DNA from: Candidatus Zhuqueibacterota bacterium
Lineage (GTDB): Bacteria; Zhuqueibacterota; Zhuqueibacteria; Residuimicrobiales; Krinioviventaceae
Direction of reading: 5' to 3'
NCBI GenBank assembly: GCA_016928775.1
Contig: JAFGKD010000094.1
Location: 9,504-73,503 of the forward strand
Length of the DNA stretch: 64,000 nucleotides
This document shows positions 1-9,393 of the stretch, one piece after another; position 1 is the first letter of the stretch; each line of letters opens with the position of its first letter. Both the position numbers and the translations under genes were made by a program. A model generated the notes under the pieces. It ran no database searches and was not told the DNA's origin. It saw only the letters and a program-made list of their open reading frames with translations.

Positions 1-1486
1 TTGTTTGAATAATGCCAGATGGCCATTCGACACGAATCTCAGTGATCGTGCTGGCATTCCCCAGGCCAAAATGGGCCAACAGGCTACTTTGGCCAAATCC
101 GGTTATGCCGGCAATTTCGCGCATTTGCTCAACGACCTCGGAATTTATTGTCGCCGTGAGCCGCACCGTGGCGCCAATACCGCTGCGGTTGGATGTTGTG
201 CCAGCAAGTTTTATTTGAATCCAGTGATTGGTGTTGCCGTTGTTGGGCTCATTATTCTTATAAATGAGATTGGCGTTTGATGTCGCGACCAGGATATCCA
301 AAAAACCATCTTTATTATAATCGGCCATGGCCGTGCCAAAGCAGAATCCCGGCCCGTCAATGACGCTACCGGTGAGTCGAGTAAAATATCCGCTGCCATC
401 GTTTATATAAAGCCGGTTGGCATAATCATACGTGGGATCTTCCATATCTCCGGGCGTGGAAACGAACATATCCAAATCGCCATCGTTATCGATATCACCC
501 CAGGCGCTGCCTTTGGAGATGATCGGCTCATCGACGATATCGCCGACTTGCGCCGGGCTCATTTTTGTAAACGTATCGCTGCCGTCGTTTCGGTAGAGAA
601 AATTTTCTTCCTGGGTGGTTTCCGAGGTACCGTAATTGGTGATATAGAGATCGAGATCACCATCATTGTCATAGTCCCCCCAGCTTCCCCCTTGCGACTC
701 GCCTTCATCGAATAGCGTCAGCTTGACGAACACATTGCTGCCGTCATTGCGCCACAAATAGTTTTTTTCGCGATTCGCGCCGCCGCCGCTGGCGGTAAAG
801 ATATCGAGGTCGCCATCACCATCATAATCCGCCCAGCCAAATCCGGCAATGCCGGTGGCATTTGAAGAGCTCACCAGGTCAATGCCGGTGATGCTCGTAA
901 AGGTTTTGTCACCATCGTTGGCATAGAGCGTATTTTCGATGGCGCCGGTATAGCCGTTGGTGACAAACAAATCCAGATAGCTATCGTTGTTATAGTCACC
1001 CCAGCCGACTGCCGCCGAATTTATCGCATCATCAACCGGCGGTCCGGCAGTAGTATTTTTTGTAAAAGTCCCACTGCCCGAGTTTTCGTAGAGACAATTT
1101 TGTTTCCCCGAACCAAGAAAGTTTTGAATTGATGACACGTAGAGATCGAGATCATTGTCATTATCAAAATCACCCCACGTGCAAAATCCTGAAATATAGG
1201 AATCGGTGACAATCGCGCCGGAGGTGATTTTTGTAAACGTATCACTGCCGTCGTTGCGGTACATAAAATTGGCCTGGCCAGTATAGTCAGAGCCGTTACA
1301 AATGTAAATATCCTCATCACCGTCGCCATCATAATCCGCCCAGGAGACACCATTTGAGGCGCCGGCGTCGCTACCGAACGGCGACAGTTCGACAAATGGA
1401 TCTTGAGCAAACAGAACGAATGGTGTGTAAAAAAGGTAAAGCGAGAGAATAAAAACCGCTTTTTTGATTGTGCAGAGCGTATGCAT
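1..1486 (-). CDS. Secreted FG-GAP/VCBS-repeat protein with an ASPIC/UnbV-like distal region (3' end cut by the window edge)
   Basis: Minus-strand ATG at 1486..1484, then a signal-peptide-like N-terminus MHTLCTIKKAVFILSLYLFYTPFVLFAQDP. My own translation shows at least six FG-GAP calcium-binding repeats (WADYDGDGDEDIY, WGDFDNDNDLDLY, WGDYNNDSYLDLF, WADYDGDGDLDIF, WGDYDNDGDLDLY, WGDIDNDGDLDMF). The distal stretch NHWIQIKLAGTTSNRSGIGATVRL resembles the ASPIC/UnbV domain. There is no stop codon before position 1. The ORF track does not list this gene; its entries 1021..1500(-), 5..280(+) and 12..218(+) are other frames across the same gene. Confidence 0.8.
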   Translation of the reverse strand, partial: MHTLCTIKKAVFILSLYLFYTPFVLFAQDPFVELSPFGSDAGASNGVSWADYDGDGDEDIYICNGSDYTGQANFMYRNDGSDTFTKITSGAIVTDSYISGFCTWGDFDNDNDLDLYVSSIQNFLGSGKQNCLYENSGSGTFTKNTTAGPPVDDAINSAAVGWGDYNNDSYLDLFVTNGYTGAIENTLYANDGDKTFTSITGIDLVSSSNATGIAGFGWADYDGDGDLDIFTASGGGANREKNYLWRNDGSNVFVKLTLFDEGESQGGSWGDYDNDGDLDLYITNYGTSETTQEENFLYRNDGSDTFTKMSPAQVGDIVDEPIISKGSAWGDIDNDGDLDMFVSTPGDMEDPTYDYANRLYINDGSGYFTRLTGSVIDGPGFCFGTAMADYNKDGFLDILVATSNANLIYKNNEPNNGNTNHWIQIKLAGTTSNRSGIGATVRLTATINSEVVEQMREIAGITGFGQSSLLAHFGLGNASTITEIRVEWPSGIIQT

Positions 1487-1822
1487 TTCGAATCTCCCAC
1501 AAGTTGACAAGTGTTAGCTCATTGATAAAAGCGCGTGATTTCCTCTGGAATGTCACTCATGTGGATGCAATGCTCGATGTGCACAACAAAGGTGCTTATG
1601 CTGAAAATTTTGAAATGATAAGGACGTGCTCCAAATATTGGGGACAAACTCGTCGATCAAAATTGCTGTTTAGCAGGTGATGATTTTTCCAGTCTCAGTG
1701 CGCATTCATGTCATCACCACAATTTACTGTCAGCGTTATCATTTTGCGTAAAGCAACGGTAATAAACAAAAAAAAGCAGCGCCATTTTCACGACGCTGCT
1801 CATTCTATTAAACCAAGGGCAC

Positions 1823-3211
1823 TTATTTCAGTAGGATCATTCGATGAGTTTGTACAAAATCACCCGCCTCGAGTCGATAGAGATAGATGCCGGAAGGATG
1901 ATTCCCGGCATTCCAGACGACACTAAACGAACCGGCCGTCATCGATTGATTTACAAGCGTTTCTATTAAATGACCCAACATATCATAGACTGCAATTTTT
2001 ACATGACTCTCTTTGGGCAGTTGGAAGCGGATTGTCGTTTTTGGGTTAAAGGGATTCGGGTAATTCTGTTCGAGGACAAAATGTTCCGGTACGCTAACAT
2101 TTTCCACGAGAGGTGCAGTGTCCTTTGACAAGCTTGCCGAATAGGTCCAGGTATCGCCAAAAGTTGCGACATCCGAAGCACCGCCAAAAAGGACGATCGG
2201 TTTGGCATTATTCAGGTTCAGCTCAGCCATACGTGCGCTGCCGCGAGGATCCGGCGATGGCGAGCTCATATCCTGTGTCCACGTGGTGGAGGCGTTGTCG
2301 AAAATCCATGTATCTCCATAAATCATAACTTCGCTGTTGCTATTCGGATCGCTGATGATATCCGCCCTGCCACCAAAGATGACGATCTTGCCATTTGCGA
2401 CGTAGCCTGATGTATGATTGTAGCGTGCCGGGGGTTTGACTGACGGTTTACGCAAAACCCACTTGTTCTTACTGTAGTCAAAACGCCAGGTATCATCGAG
2501 TTGTGTGACACCGTCATAGCCGCCGAACAGGATTGCTTTGTCGCCTCCCAAAAAGGCAAGGCTGGCCGAAGCGCGTGCCGAGGGGCCGCTTGCGGTGCTT
2601 TTCGTCCAGGTATTGTCGCTCAAGTCGTAAATCCAGGTCTGATTGCTGCGCATATTCTGTCTTGGAAACGCGCCGCCGAACAGCAGGACCTTGTCATCGC
2701 CGATATAGCACATGCTTGGATTGGCGAGTCCGGGTGGATTATTTGCAGGCGTCAGTTTTGTCCAGGTGTTTGCCGCCAGATCAAATAACCATGTTTCAAT
2801 AGAAACGTTGGTGGCAAACATGGGAAATTTGATCAATGGATTACCGCCGTACATCAGAACTTTTCCATCACCGATATAGGCCATACCGGCACGAACTCGT
2901 TCGGACGGCGAATTGGCCGGCGTCAAGTTCGTCCATGTATCTTTTTTGCCATTATACAACCAGGTGTCCGCGTAAACAGCCATTGCCCCGTCATATCCGC
3001 CGAATAAGAGTACTTTATTTTTTTCGATAGCGGCCATCATATGCAGTGATCGCGCCGGAGGCGCTATCTGAGTCGCCACATTGGTCCAGGTGTCAGCAAA
3101 AAGTATCACGCTGTTGAGAAAAGCGAATATGATTGTCAAAAAAACAACGGAAAAACACAACCTCTTTAGCGCTAAAGTATTCATTTTTTTCCCCTGAAAA
3201 GTTGAATTCAT
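1823..3211 (-). CDS. Secreted Kelch-repeat beta-propeller protein with a T9SS (Por) type-A C-terminal sorting domain
   Basis: 462 aa. The N-terminal hydrophobic signal is MNTLALKRLCFSVVFLTIIFAFLNS, so the real start may be the second Met near 3184. There are about six Kelch blades (VLLFGGYDG, VLMYGGN, VLLFGGA, AILFGGYDG, IVIFGGR, IVLFGGA with DTW/NTW strands). The C-terminal 80 aa NYPNPFNPKTTIRFQLPKESHVKIAVYDMLGHLIETL...SGIYLYRLEAGDFVQTHRMILLK matches the por_Secre_tail (TIGR04183-like) pattern. Confidence 0.8.
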   Translation of the reverse strand: MNSTFQGKKMNTLALKRLCFSVVFLTIIFAFLNSVILFADTWTNVATQIAPPARSLHMMAAIEKNKVLLFGGYDGAMAVYADTWLYNGKKDTWTNLTPANSPSERVRAGMAYIGDGKVLMYGGNPLIKFPMFATNVSIETWLFDLAANTWTKLTPANNPPGLANPSMCYIGDDKVLLFGGAFPRQNMRSNQTWIYDLSDNTWTKSTASGPSARASASLAFLGGDKAILFGGYDGVTQLDDTWRFDYSKNKWVLRKPSVKPPARYNHTSGYVANGKIVIFGGRADIISDPNSNSEVMIYGDTWIFDNASTTWTQDMSSPSPDPRGSARMAELNLNNAKPIVLFGGASDVATFGDTWTYSASLSKDTAPLVENVSVPEHFVLEQNYPNPFNPKTTIRFQLPKESHVKIAVYDMLGHLIETLVNQSMTAGSFSVVWNAGNHPSGIYLYRLEAGDFVQTHRMILLK

Positions 3212-3282
3212 AAAGATGCTCGAAGAAAAGAATGATCTTTTCTCCGAGCCTTTTGGGTTGATTCTATTTTAAAAACGTACAA

Positions 3283-6200
3283 CTATTTGAGCAGCACCAT
3301 CCGGTTTGTCTGGATAAAATCGCCGGCTTCGATGCGGTAGAGATAGATGCCCGAAGGTTGCTTGGCCGCATCCCAAACAACACTGTGGTAACCGGCAGCA
3401 ATCTGTGCATCAACCAGTGTGACAATGTGTTGACCAATGACATTATAGACGCTGATCTTCACGTGTCGTTCTTCCGGCAACTGGTAATTGATGGTTGTTG
3501 TCGGGTTGAACGGATTTGGATAGTTGTTATCTAATGCAAAGGTTTCCGGCATTGCGGCGATGTCCGCATCTTCCGCCTGGAATCCTTCTTTGCTGTCGAA
3601 CAGAACTTCAAACTCGACCAATTGCACCCAACCGGCAGTCGGTTGCGTGATGACTAGTTTGACATATTTACCGAATTGTGGTGTATCGATACGGTAATAG
3701 GTCATTTCTCCACCATTCTGGCGAGTCGCATCGAGAATGAGCGTCCATGTCGCCATATCATCCGAAACATAAACCTTGAACTGGCGCACCTGACGGCCTT
3801 CATAGACGTCATCATCAAAGCCATTATCCGTCGCCAGGCCAATCTTGTTGACCGGCATTTTGGCATTATTCGAGAATTGGAAAATGGCGTAAAGCGGGTC
3901 ACCTTTTGTGGTCACCGTGCCATCCCAGCCTTCACGATCACCATCAATGGCATTATCCCATCCTTCACCTTTGCTCGTTTCCGAGCCTTCCACAAGGACG
4001 AGCTCGCCTTTTTGTCCTGCGTTGCCAAAGAAGCTGACGAAAGACCCTGATTCATTGTCGCCCGGCTTATCATTCAAAATAATCGCGCCATGCGCAACCG
4101 CAAAAATCTGATAGGTACCAGGATTGGTCGTCTTGAGCGTAGTCTTGTAGACGCCGTTCGCCGCATCCGTCAGATCCAGTGGGCCGAACATGCCAGGCTG
4201 GCAATCGGTCATGTAAAAATGAACATCTTGTTCATCATAAATTGTGATCGGATTGCCGAGATCATCGACCAGTTTTACCGTGATTTGCGCTTCATCTTTT
4301 CCATCCGCGAGGTGCGGCGTGGTGACGGTCAACAGTGATTGTTCCATATCCGGTACCACGATGTCTTCATACGCCTCAAACTCGGAGATTTGTCGCCAAC
4401 CGGCGAGACTGTCGAGATCGGAATCCATGACCTCAAGTTTCAGGTTCGTGACCTGCACGGCCGGACTCAGCTCGAATTCATTCCAGCCACCGCCAACAAT
4501 CAGTGACTCAACGACCGGGGTATAGGGATCGGTCGGTGTCAACGCGTTTGAAGAAATACGGACTTTGCGCACCCAGCGACCGACATTGCCCATGCCGGCA
4601 TCAGCTTTGAGACGGAGTTTCGTGACCATCTTGGTTTTGCCGTCGGCAAAGTTAAATGTCGCCCAGGGATATACACCCGGAGTCTCTTCGCGGACGGTCG
4701 CAACGCCGGTCCAACAATAATCATCGGCATCTACAGCGGCTGCCCACGGTTCGTGCGGATAATCGCCGATACCATCGATGAATTCCAGGGGCGCGTAGCC
4801 GTTTGGCAGATACATTTCAATAAAGTCTTCCTTGATTTCCATCACCGAGCCAGCAGCGTTCGACGCTTTTTTCATCACATCATGGAAACCAAGATGACGT
4901 GGTTGCCAGTAGCAGTAATAGGGTTCCTTGCCGTACATCATCAGGCCCATGGACCAGGATGCATCCCAGATAAACTCTTCCGCCCAGGGATCGTCGGCAA
5001 TCTGGCAATGATCAAAGTAATTCACAAACACCGGCGAATGACCGAGATTGCGATCGGAATCAAAATCGACGACAGCCGGAATACCCACGAGTCGACAATC
5101 GAACGCACCATATGAATCGGCATCACCAAAGAATTCGAACAACGGGCCTTCTTCGACAATTTCAGCCTGAACTTTGAGATAATAAAGACCATCTTCCGGA
5201 AGTGTATAGACAACCCGGGCATCGTCCCACTCGTTCATGGGATTGATGTTTTTATTAACAGCCAGTTTGCCACTCGGTCCAATAAGTGTCACCATCGGAT
5301 TCAAGTCATCCATCCAGTCGGACTGCATCGTGCCGCAGCCGCTTCGATATTGAACAGGAGTCATGACCGTCGCTGCAATGGTTTGGCCTTCCTCGCCTTC
5401 AAACTTGAACCACCACGGCAATGTTGTTACATCTTCATCATCCGGCCACACTTCGCCTGTCCGGGGAATAATGCCGCTGAGTGTCTCGCCAATATTGATT
5501 GGAATCGCTTTGTTTTTATTATTGGGGAAAGAGCTTTTATGGCCTATTTTCTCCAAAGAAATAGAATAGCTGCCACTGCGTTCCCACCAGTTATACCAGG
5601 ACAGCGGGTCAGCGCCGACTTCGAGATAATAGGTGCCGTTTTTCGGCAGCGGTCCCCAGACGATGCGGGCATTCAGGCCAACGCCATCATCCATGGAGCT
5701 GTGCAGCCAGTCCAAATCACCCTGACCCCAGGTGCCATTACCAACGACTCCACCTTCAGCGAACAGCGCAACGCCGGGATCAAGGTCGCCGCACGGTTTG
5801 TCCGAATCGACGAGAACGCGGATATAGTCACCTTTTGCCCCCGTGAATTTAAAGAAATCACCATCAAGAACGGAGGTAATGGTGTGATCGTCAATGGTTT
5901 GACCATAAGCAATACCATTTGCCGCACCCGGCAAATTGTCGGGTTCGTATGCATCCGGTAGCGTCAGGTCAAAGGTGATATCATAGGAACCGACCTGCGT
6001 ATTGTATGCAGTTGCATATGGAGATGCATAAACCTTGGCATAGTATGTACCGGGGATCGGGAACGAGTACATCAACTCAACATCGAACAAACCCAATTCT
6101 GCATTGTAGGGATTGTAGGTATCGTCCATCGTATAGAGTGGCACCATTGCCGCGTCAAAAATCGTGACACAGGGATCAAGATCGCCCATATACGGCAGAA

Positions 6201-7194
6201 AGGTTTTATCCCAATCACCGTTATGCGCGCTTGGACCAGCGACAACGAGACCATGCAGCGCCGTACCCGGAACCGTCACGTCAAACTTGTAGAAATCGAC
6301 ATCGCCGGCAGGCATAATCGTGTGACCTGTCCTGACCGTGCCGTCAGTGAGCGTGTGTGCCTGGGGTTCCGTGTCATCCGGTTCGAATCCATCAGCACTG
6401 AGGAAACGCAATCCGATCTCATAGCTGCCGACAGTCGGCGGCGCCCAATATGGCGAAGATTCAACCGAGATGTAATAAATGCCGCTCTCCGGCACCTGGA
6501 TATTCACATAAGCATCCCAGCCGGTTCCGGAATCATCATCTTGCGCCAGGACGTTGCGATTCGGCAGATAGAGTGTGACAAATGGGTCCAGATCTGCTTC
6601 TGATGGTGGCAGGAGTTGATATGGATCGTCTTTGGAAGACCAGAACGGATTTGGCGTTACAGTGACGATTTCAATAATGTCACCCGCATTGGCGGAGAAC
6701 CAGAAAAAGTCAACATCGCCGGCCGGATAAACGTTATGTTTTACGGAGACAAAACCATCCACCAGCTTTTCGCCCTGATTATGCGAATTATCGGGCTCAA
6801 ACTCATCCGCTTCCATACCAGCGGCAGCGCGCGTTAAAACCGTGCCGCCATCTTTTTTCATAAAATTTGCAATAATAGCTTCTTTTTCAGCGCTGTATTT
6901 CTGTTCGATTTCATAATCTGCTTGCTTTTCTTCAAAAGCAGCATGACGTTCGTAGACCTGTGCCGGATCTTCTGCTTTGATATCCATCTTGGCATCCAGC
7001 ATCGCCGAACGAATAGCTTGAAATCGTTCTGCTCGATCAGCGCCCGTGATTGCAGGTGTTTCGTAGGCTTCCTCGAGCGTTCGAGGTAAATCCGCTTTTT
7101 GAGAGGATATCGTATCTGCTACAACAGAGAACAAACCAACAAAAAGCGTGAGTATGACGAGAAAGCTTGTCATAGCAGTTGTTTTGAATTTCAT
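3283..7194 (-). CDS. Giant secreted protein with repeated pre-peptidase C-terminal (PPC) domains, a discoidin/F5-8-type-C-like domain, and a T9SS type-A C-terminal sorting domain
   Basis: 1303 aa with signal peptide MKFKTTAMTSFLVILTLFVGLFSVVA. PPC-type repeats appear several times (EPDNS...GDVDFFWFSANAGD, EPDDT...GDVDFYKFDVTVPG, EPDNL...DGDFFKFTGAKGD). A jelly-roll-like segment lies near the C-terminus (GWDGTVTTKGD...FKVYVSDDMATWTLI...VQLVEFEV). The C-terminus NYPNPFNPTTTINYQLPEERHVKISVYNVIGQHIVTLV...SGIYLYRIEAGDFIQTNRMVLLK is about 65% identical to the sorting domain of the neighbouring Kelch protein. Confidence 0.75.
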   Translation of the reverse strand: MKFKTTAMTSFLVILTLFVGLFSVVADTISSQKADLPRTLEEAYETPAITGADRAERFQAIRSAMLDAKMDIKAEDPAQVYERHAAFEEKQADYEIEQKYSAEKEAIIANFMKKDGGTVLTRAAAGMEADEFEPDNSHNQGEKLVDGFVSVKHNVYPAGDVDFFWFSANAGDIIEIVTVTPNPFWSSKDDPYQLLPPSEADLDPFVTLYLPNRNVLAQDDDSGTGWDAYVNIQVPESGIYYISVESSPYWAPPTVGSYEIGLRFLSADGFEPDDTEPQAHTLTDGTVRTGHTIMPAGDVDFYKFDVTVPGTALHGLVVAGPSAHNGDWDKTFLPYMGDLDPCVTIFDAAMVPLYTMDDTYNPYNAELGLFDVELMYSFPIPGTYYAKVYASPYATAYNTQVGSYDITFDLTLPDAYEPDNLPGAANGIAYGQTIDDHTITSVLDGDFFKFTGAKGDYIRVLVDSDKPCGDLDPGVALFAEGGVVGNGTWGQGDLDWLHSSMDDGVGLNARIVWGPLPKNGTYYLEVGADPLSWYNWWERSGSYSISLEKIGHKSSFPNNKNKAIPINIGETLSGIIPRTGEVWPDDEDVTTLPWWFKFEGEEGQTIAATVMTPVQYRSGCGTMQSDWMDDLNPMVTLIGPSGKLAVNKNINPMNEWDDARVVYTLPEDGLYYLKVQAEIVEEGPLFEFFGDADSYGAFDCRLVGIPAVVDFDSDRNLGHSPVFVNYFDHCQIADDPWAEEFIWDASWSMGLMMYGKEPYYCYWQPRHLGFHDVMKKASNAAGSVMEIKEDFIEMYLPNGYAPLEFIDGIGDYPHEPWAAAVDADDYCWTGVATVREETPGVYPWATFNFADGKTKMVTKLRLKADAGMGNVGRWVRKVRISSNALTPTDPYTPVVESLIVGGGWNEFELSPAVQVTNLKLEVMDSDLDSLAGWRQISEFEAYEDIVVPDMEQSLLTVTTPHLADGKDEAQITVKLVDDLGNPITIYDEQDVHFYMTDCQPGMFGPLDLTDAANGVYKTTLKTTNPGTYQIFAVAHGAIILNDKPGDNESGSFVSFFGNAGQKGELVLVEGSETSKGEGWDNAIDGDREGWDGTVTTKGDPLYAIFQFSNNAKMPVNKIGLATDNGFDDDVYEGRQVRQFKVYVSDDMATWTLILDATRQNGGEMTYYRIDTPQFGKYVKLVITQPTAGWVQLVEFEVLFDSKEGFQAEDADIAAMPETFALDNNYPNPFNPTTTINYQLPEERHVKISVYNVIGQHIVTLVDAQIAAGYHSVVWDAAKQPSGIYLYRIEAGDFIQTNRMVLLK

Positions 7195-7828
7195 CTTTTC
7201 CTCCAGGAATTAACAGTTAAAGTCGACTACCGTGAAAAATAATCTACGCTACTTTTACCCTTCCACCTCCTTTCGTAACCAACTCTTTTATGATACAGTT
7301 AAAATTGACCTGCATTGTTGCCATTCTCTCTTTTTACCGTTTTGAAACATGAGAGGATGAGCTATCTCCCTCTCATCGAAAAAATGAAAAAAGGATATAG
7401 CCACTTTCACGATGTCTATACCCGTAGCTTAATGTGAATGCAAAACCGAGATGCAAAAAACAGTAGGAAGTTGTGCGGATGCTACCCAGGGGATGCGAAT
7501 CAAGCCGTTTTGTTTGTTACGGCGTTGTCATATACAATATAAGACGTCAAACTATATGCAATTTTCAAACCAAAAAGTAAAAATCATCCAAGCCTCGTTA
7601 TATTCAGTGCGATGACACCGTCTCAGTCAACCTCTATTCAAACCACATAAGTCATGATTTTTCAGTGTCTAAAAAAAATGCAGCTCGCAGAGCAGGCCTG
7701 ATCATCTTGCCTTTTTATATCATCAAGGGTGAAAATCTTCAAGATGCTTTATAAAGGCGATTTTGCCGAAAAAATATGTCTCAACATATTACACTGTTTC
7801 ACTTTGCGACAACGTTCAGCACAATTAG
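7195..7828. promoter_or_regulatory. 634-bp AT-rich non-coding spacer between the last gene of the PKS-NRPS operon (PPTase) and the PPC-repeat gene; it probably holds the operon terminator and the promoter of 3283..7194
   Basis: No minus-strand ORF of 60 aa or more. It is the only gap longer than 170 bp among minus-strand genes in the window. It contains an imperfect hairpin at about 7348..7377 (ATGAGAGG-12 nt-CCTCTCAT). The only + ORF (7729..7914) reads into the PPTase 3' end and has no recognisable features. Confidence 0.4.
7769..7790 (-). terminator. Weak candidate rho-independent terminator about 40 nt downstream of the PPTase stop
   Basis: Read on the minus strand: AATATG-ttgaga-CATATT followed by TTTT(CGGC). 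The stem is only 6 bp and contains no G:C pair, so predicted stability is low. Confidence 0.2.
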
Positions 7829-8617
7829 TCAGACGAATGAATCCGAAAAGAACCATGTCGCAAGTTCCTTCGCGTCGACCGGTTTATGAGAATATTCATA
7901 ATCTATACGATTGACGGCCAAGGCGGCGCGGAAATTGGCCGCACACGCCAGGGGCTGAATTGAAAATTTCAATTCATCGTTTGGATAATGAATAGATCGT
8001 CGCAGGCCACTCTTTGAATCAGTCAGCACATCGACAGAAAACGAGTCCAGAGCAAGTGACAAACCGCGGCCCTTGGCTTTAATATACGCTTCCTTGCGCG
8101 TCCAGCAATCGTAAAAGCGGATCACACGCTCTCTTTCCGGAACCTGCTGCAGATCATCCAACTCGTCAGCGGAAAAGTATTTTTTCGCGATGTCAATGGT
8201 TGCAAAAGAGGGGCGCATATATTCAATATCAACACCGAGCTCATGACTCTGGCTGAACACAAACAGCGCTTGATTTTGGGAGTGCGAGACATTAAAGACC
8301 GTTTGTCTCTCTCGGCGCCTGTTTTCGACAAAAGGTTTGCCATAATCATTATAATCAAAGGTGATCTGGCGTGGATCAGTAGCCAGATAAAAACCTAACA
8401 AAATTCTCAGGATCAACCGGGCTGTTGTAAATCGGTCGCGATCGTGCGCAAAATAGAAACGTTTCGCCCTCTCGAGCTCGTCCTGTGATAAGATGGCATC
8501 TGCAAAAGACAACAAAGATTGACATAAATCCAGGTCAGCCGCCCAAACATGCACGGTTTCTCCGGACAATGGTAAATGGATGAGTGTCTTTTTCCATTCC
8601 ATTTCACGCCATCTCAA
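7829..8617 (-). CDS. Sfp-type 4'-phosphopantetheinyl transferase
   Basis: 262 aa with PPTase core motifs: FNVSHS, GVDIE, WTRKEAYIKAKG (the W/FxxKEAxxKA motif). The start overlaps the upstream thioesterase gene by 4 nt (8614..8617), which indicates translational coupling. Confidence 0.85.
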   Translation of the reverse strand: MRWREMEWKKTLIHLPLSGETVHVWAADLDLCQSLLSFADAILSQDELERAKRFYFAHDRDRFTTARLILRILLGFYLATDPRQITFDYNDYGKPFVENRRRERQTVFNVSHSQNQALFVFSQSHELGVDIEYMRPSFATIDIAKKYFSADELDDLQQVPERERVIRFYDCWTRKEAYIKAKGRGLSLALDSFSVDVLTDSKSGLRRSIHYPNDELKFSIQPLACAANFRAALAVNRIDYEYSHKPVDAKELATWFFSDSFV

Positions 8618-9384
8618 AAATGATTGTCAAGCAAGCTGCTCAAATCCTTTACTAATGTTTGCAATACCTCTTTTTCATGACTGTGCAGAAAAAAATGATC
8701 ACCGTCAAACTGACGCAGTTGGATTCCGGCGGTCGTATGCTGTTCCCAGGCCGCCAGGTCTTCTTGCTGGACATCCGTGTCATTGATACCGCCATAGACA
8801 GTAATAGGACACTCTAACGGCAAACCGGGCTTGAATGCAAAGGTCTCGCACACTTTAAAGTCATTGCGAATAATCGGCAAAAACAATTCTCGTAATTCCG
8901 GATTTGTCAATACGGCATCGGGTGTTCCATTCAAGGTTCTGAGCTTTTGCGTAAATTCGTCTTCTGGCAACCGATGAATGTGCTCCCGATCTTTGGACAC
9001 GTGTGGTGCCGCATGCGCAGATACGAATAAATGTACGGGTTGCGGCAAAAAGTATCGCCGCAGGAACCGTGTTAATTCGAAACTGATCAATGCGCCCATG
9101 CTGTGACCAAAAAACACAAATGGTTTGTCCAGATAGCCGGCGATGCCCTGGGCAATTTCCCTGACGATATCCGAAACAGAGTCCAATAATGGTTCGCCTA
9201 ATCGAGAGCCATGTCCTGGCAGCTCGATCGGCACAATCTGCATCTCCTCCGGAGAGGCATTATCCCAACCGCGAAAGACATTGGCGTTGCCGCCGGCATA
9301 ATGAAAGCAAAAGACGCGCACCCGCACGTCCGGTCGGGGAATAAAATTCAGCAGCCAGGGACTTGTCAGTCGGGTATCGATCAT
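8614..9384 (-). CDS. Type II (editing) thioesterase, alpha/beta-hydrolase
   Basis: 256 aa. GHSMGALISFE is the GxSxG nucleophile elbow typical of TEII. The N-terminal FCFHYAGGNANVFRGW is typical of GrsT/SrfAD-like proteins. A distal His lies in DGDHFFL. Confidence 0.85.
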   Translation of the reverse strand: MIDTRLTSPWLLNFIPRPDVRVRVFCFHYAGGNANVFRGWDNASPEEMQIVPIELPGHGSRLGEPLLDSVSDIVREIAQGIAGYLDKPFVFFGHSMGALISFELTRFLRRYFLPQPVHLFVSAHAAPHVSKDREHIHRLPEDEFTQKLRTLNGTPDAVLTNPELRELFLPIIRNDFKVCETFAFKPGLPLECPITVYGGINDTDVQQEDLAAWEQHTTAGIQLRQFDGDHFFLHSHEKEVLQTLVKDLSSLLDNHF

Positions 9385-9393
9385 ACAGTTTGC

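Noticed and set aside
1021-1500. ORF-track entries 1021..1500(-), 1371..1556(-), 5..280(+), 12..218(+), 211..399(-)
   Set aside because: These are alternative frames over the FG-GAP-repeat gene (1..1486, minus). My translation of the FG-GAP frame gives repeated WxDYDxDGDLD calcium-binding motifs and a signal peptide. The listed frames give no motifs.
7348-7377. Inverted repeat ATGAGAGG-12 nt-CCTCTCAT considered as a rho-independent terminator
   Set aside because: It is not followed by a T-run on either strand. It lies about 450 nt from the nearest stop codon. It is kept only as a generic structured element inside the spacer finding.
7380-7560. Checked the spacer for a tRNA or other structured RNA (a GATGCGAATCA segment superficially resembles a T-loop)
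   Set aside because: No flanking complementary arms for a cloverleaf. Nothing beyond a chance similarity; a covariance-model search is still needed.
7729-7914. 61-aa + strand ORF in the spacer, running into the PPTase 3' end
   Set aside because: No RBS-like context and no motif. It overlaps the well-supported PPTase gene on the opposite strand. It is most likely a chance ORF in AT-rich DNA.
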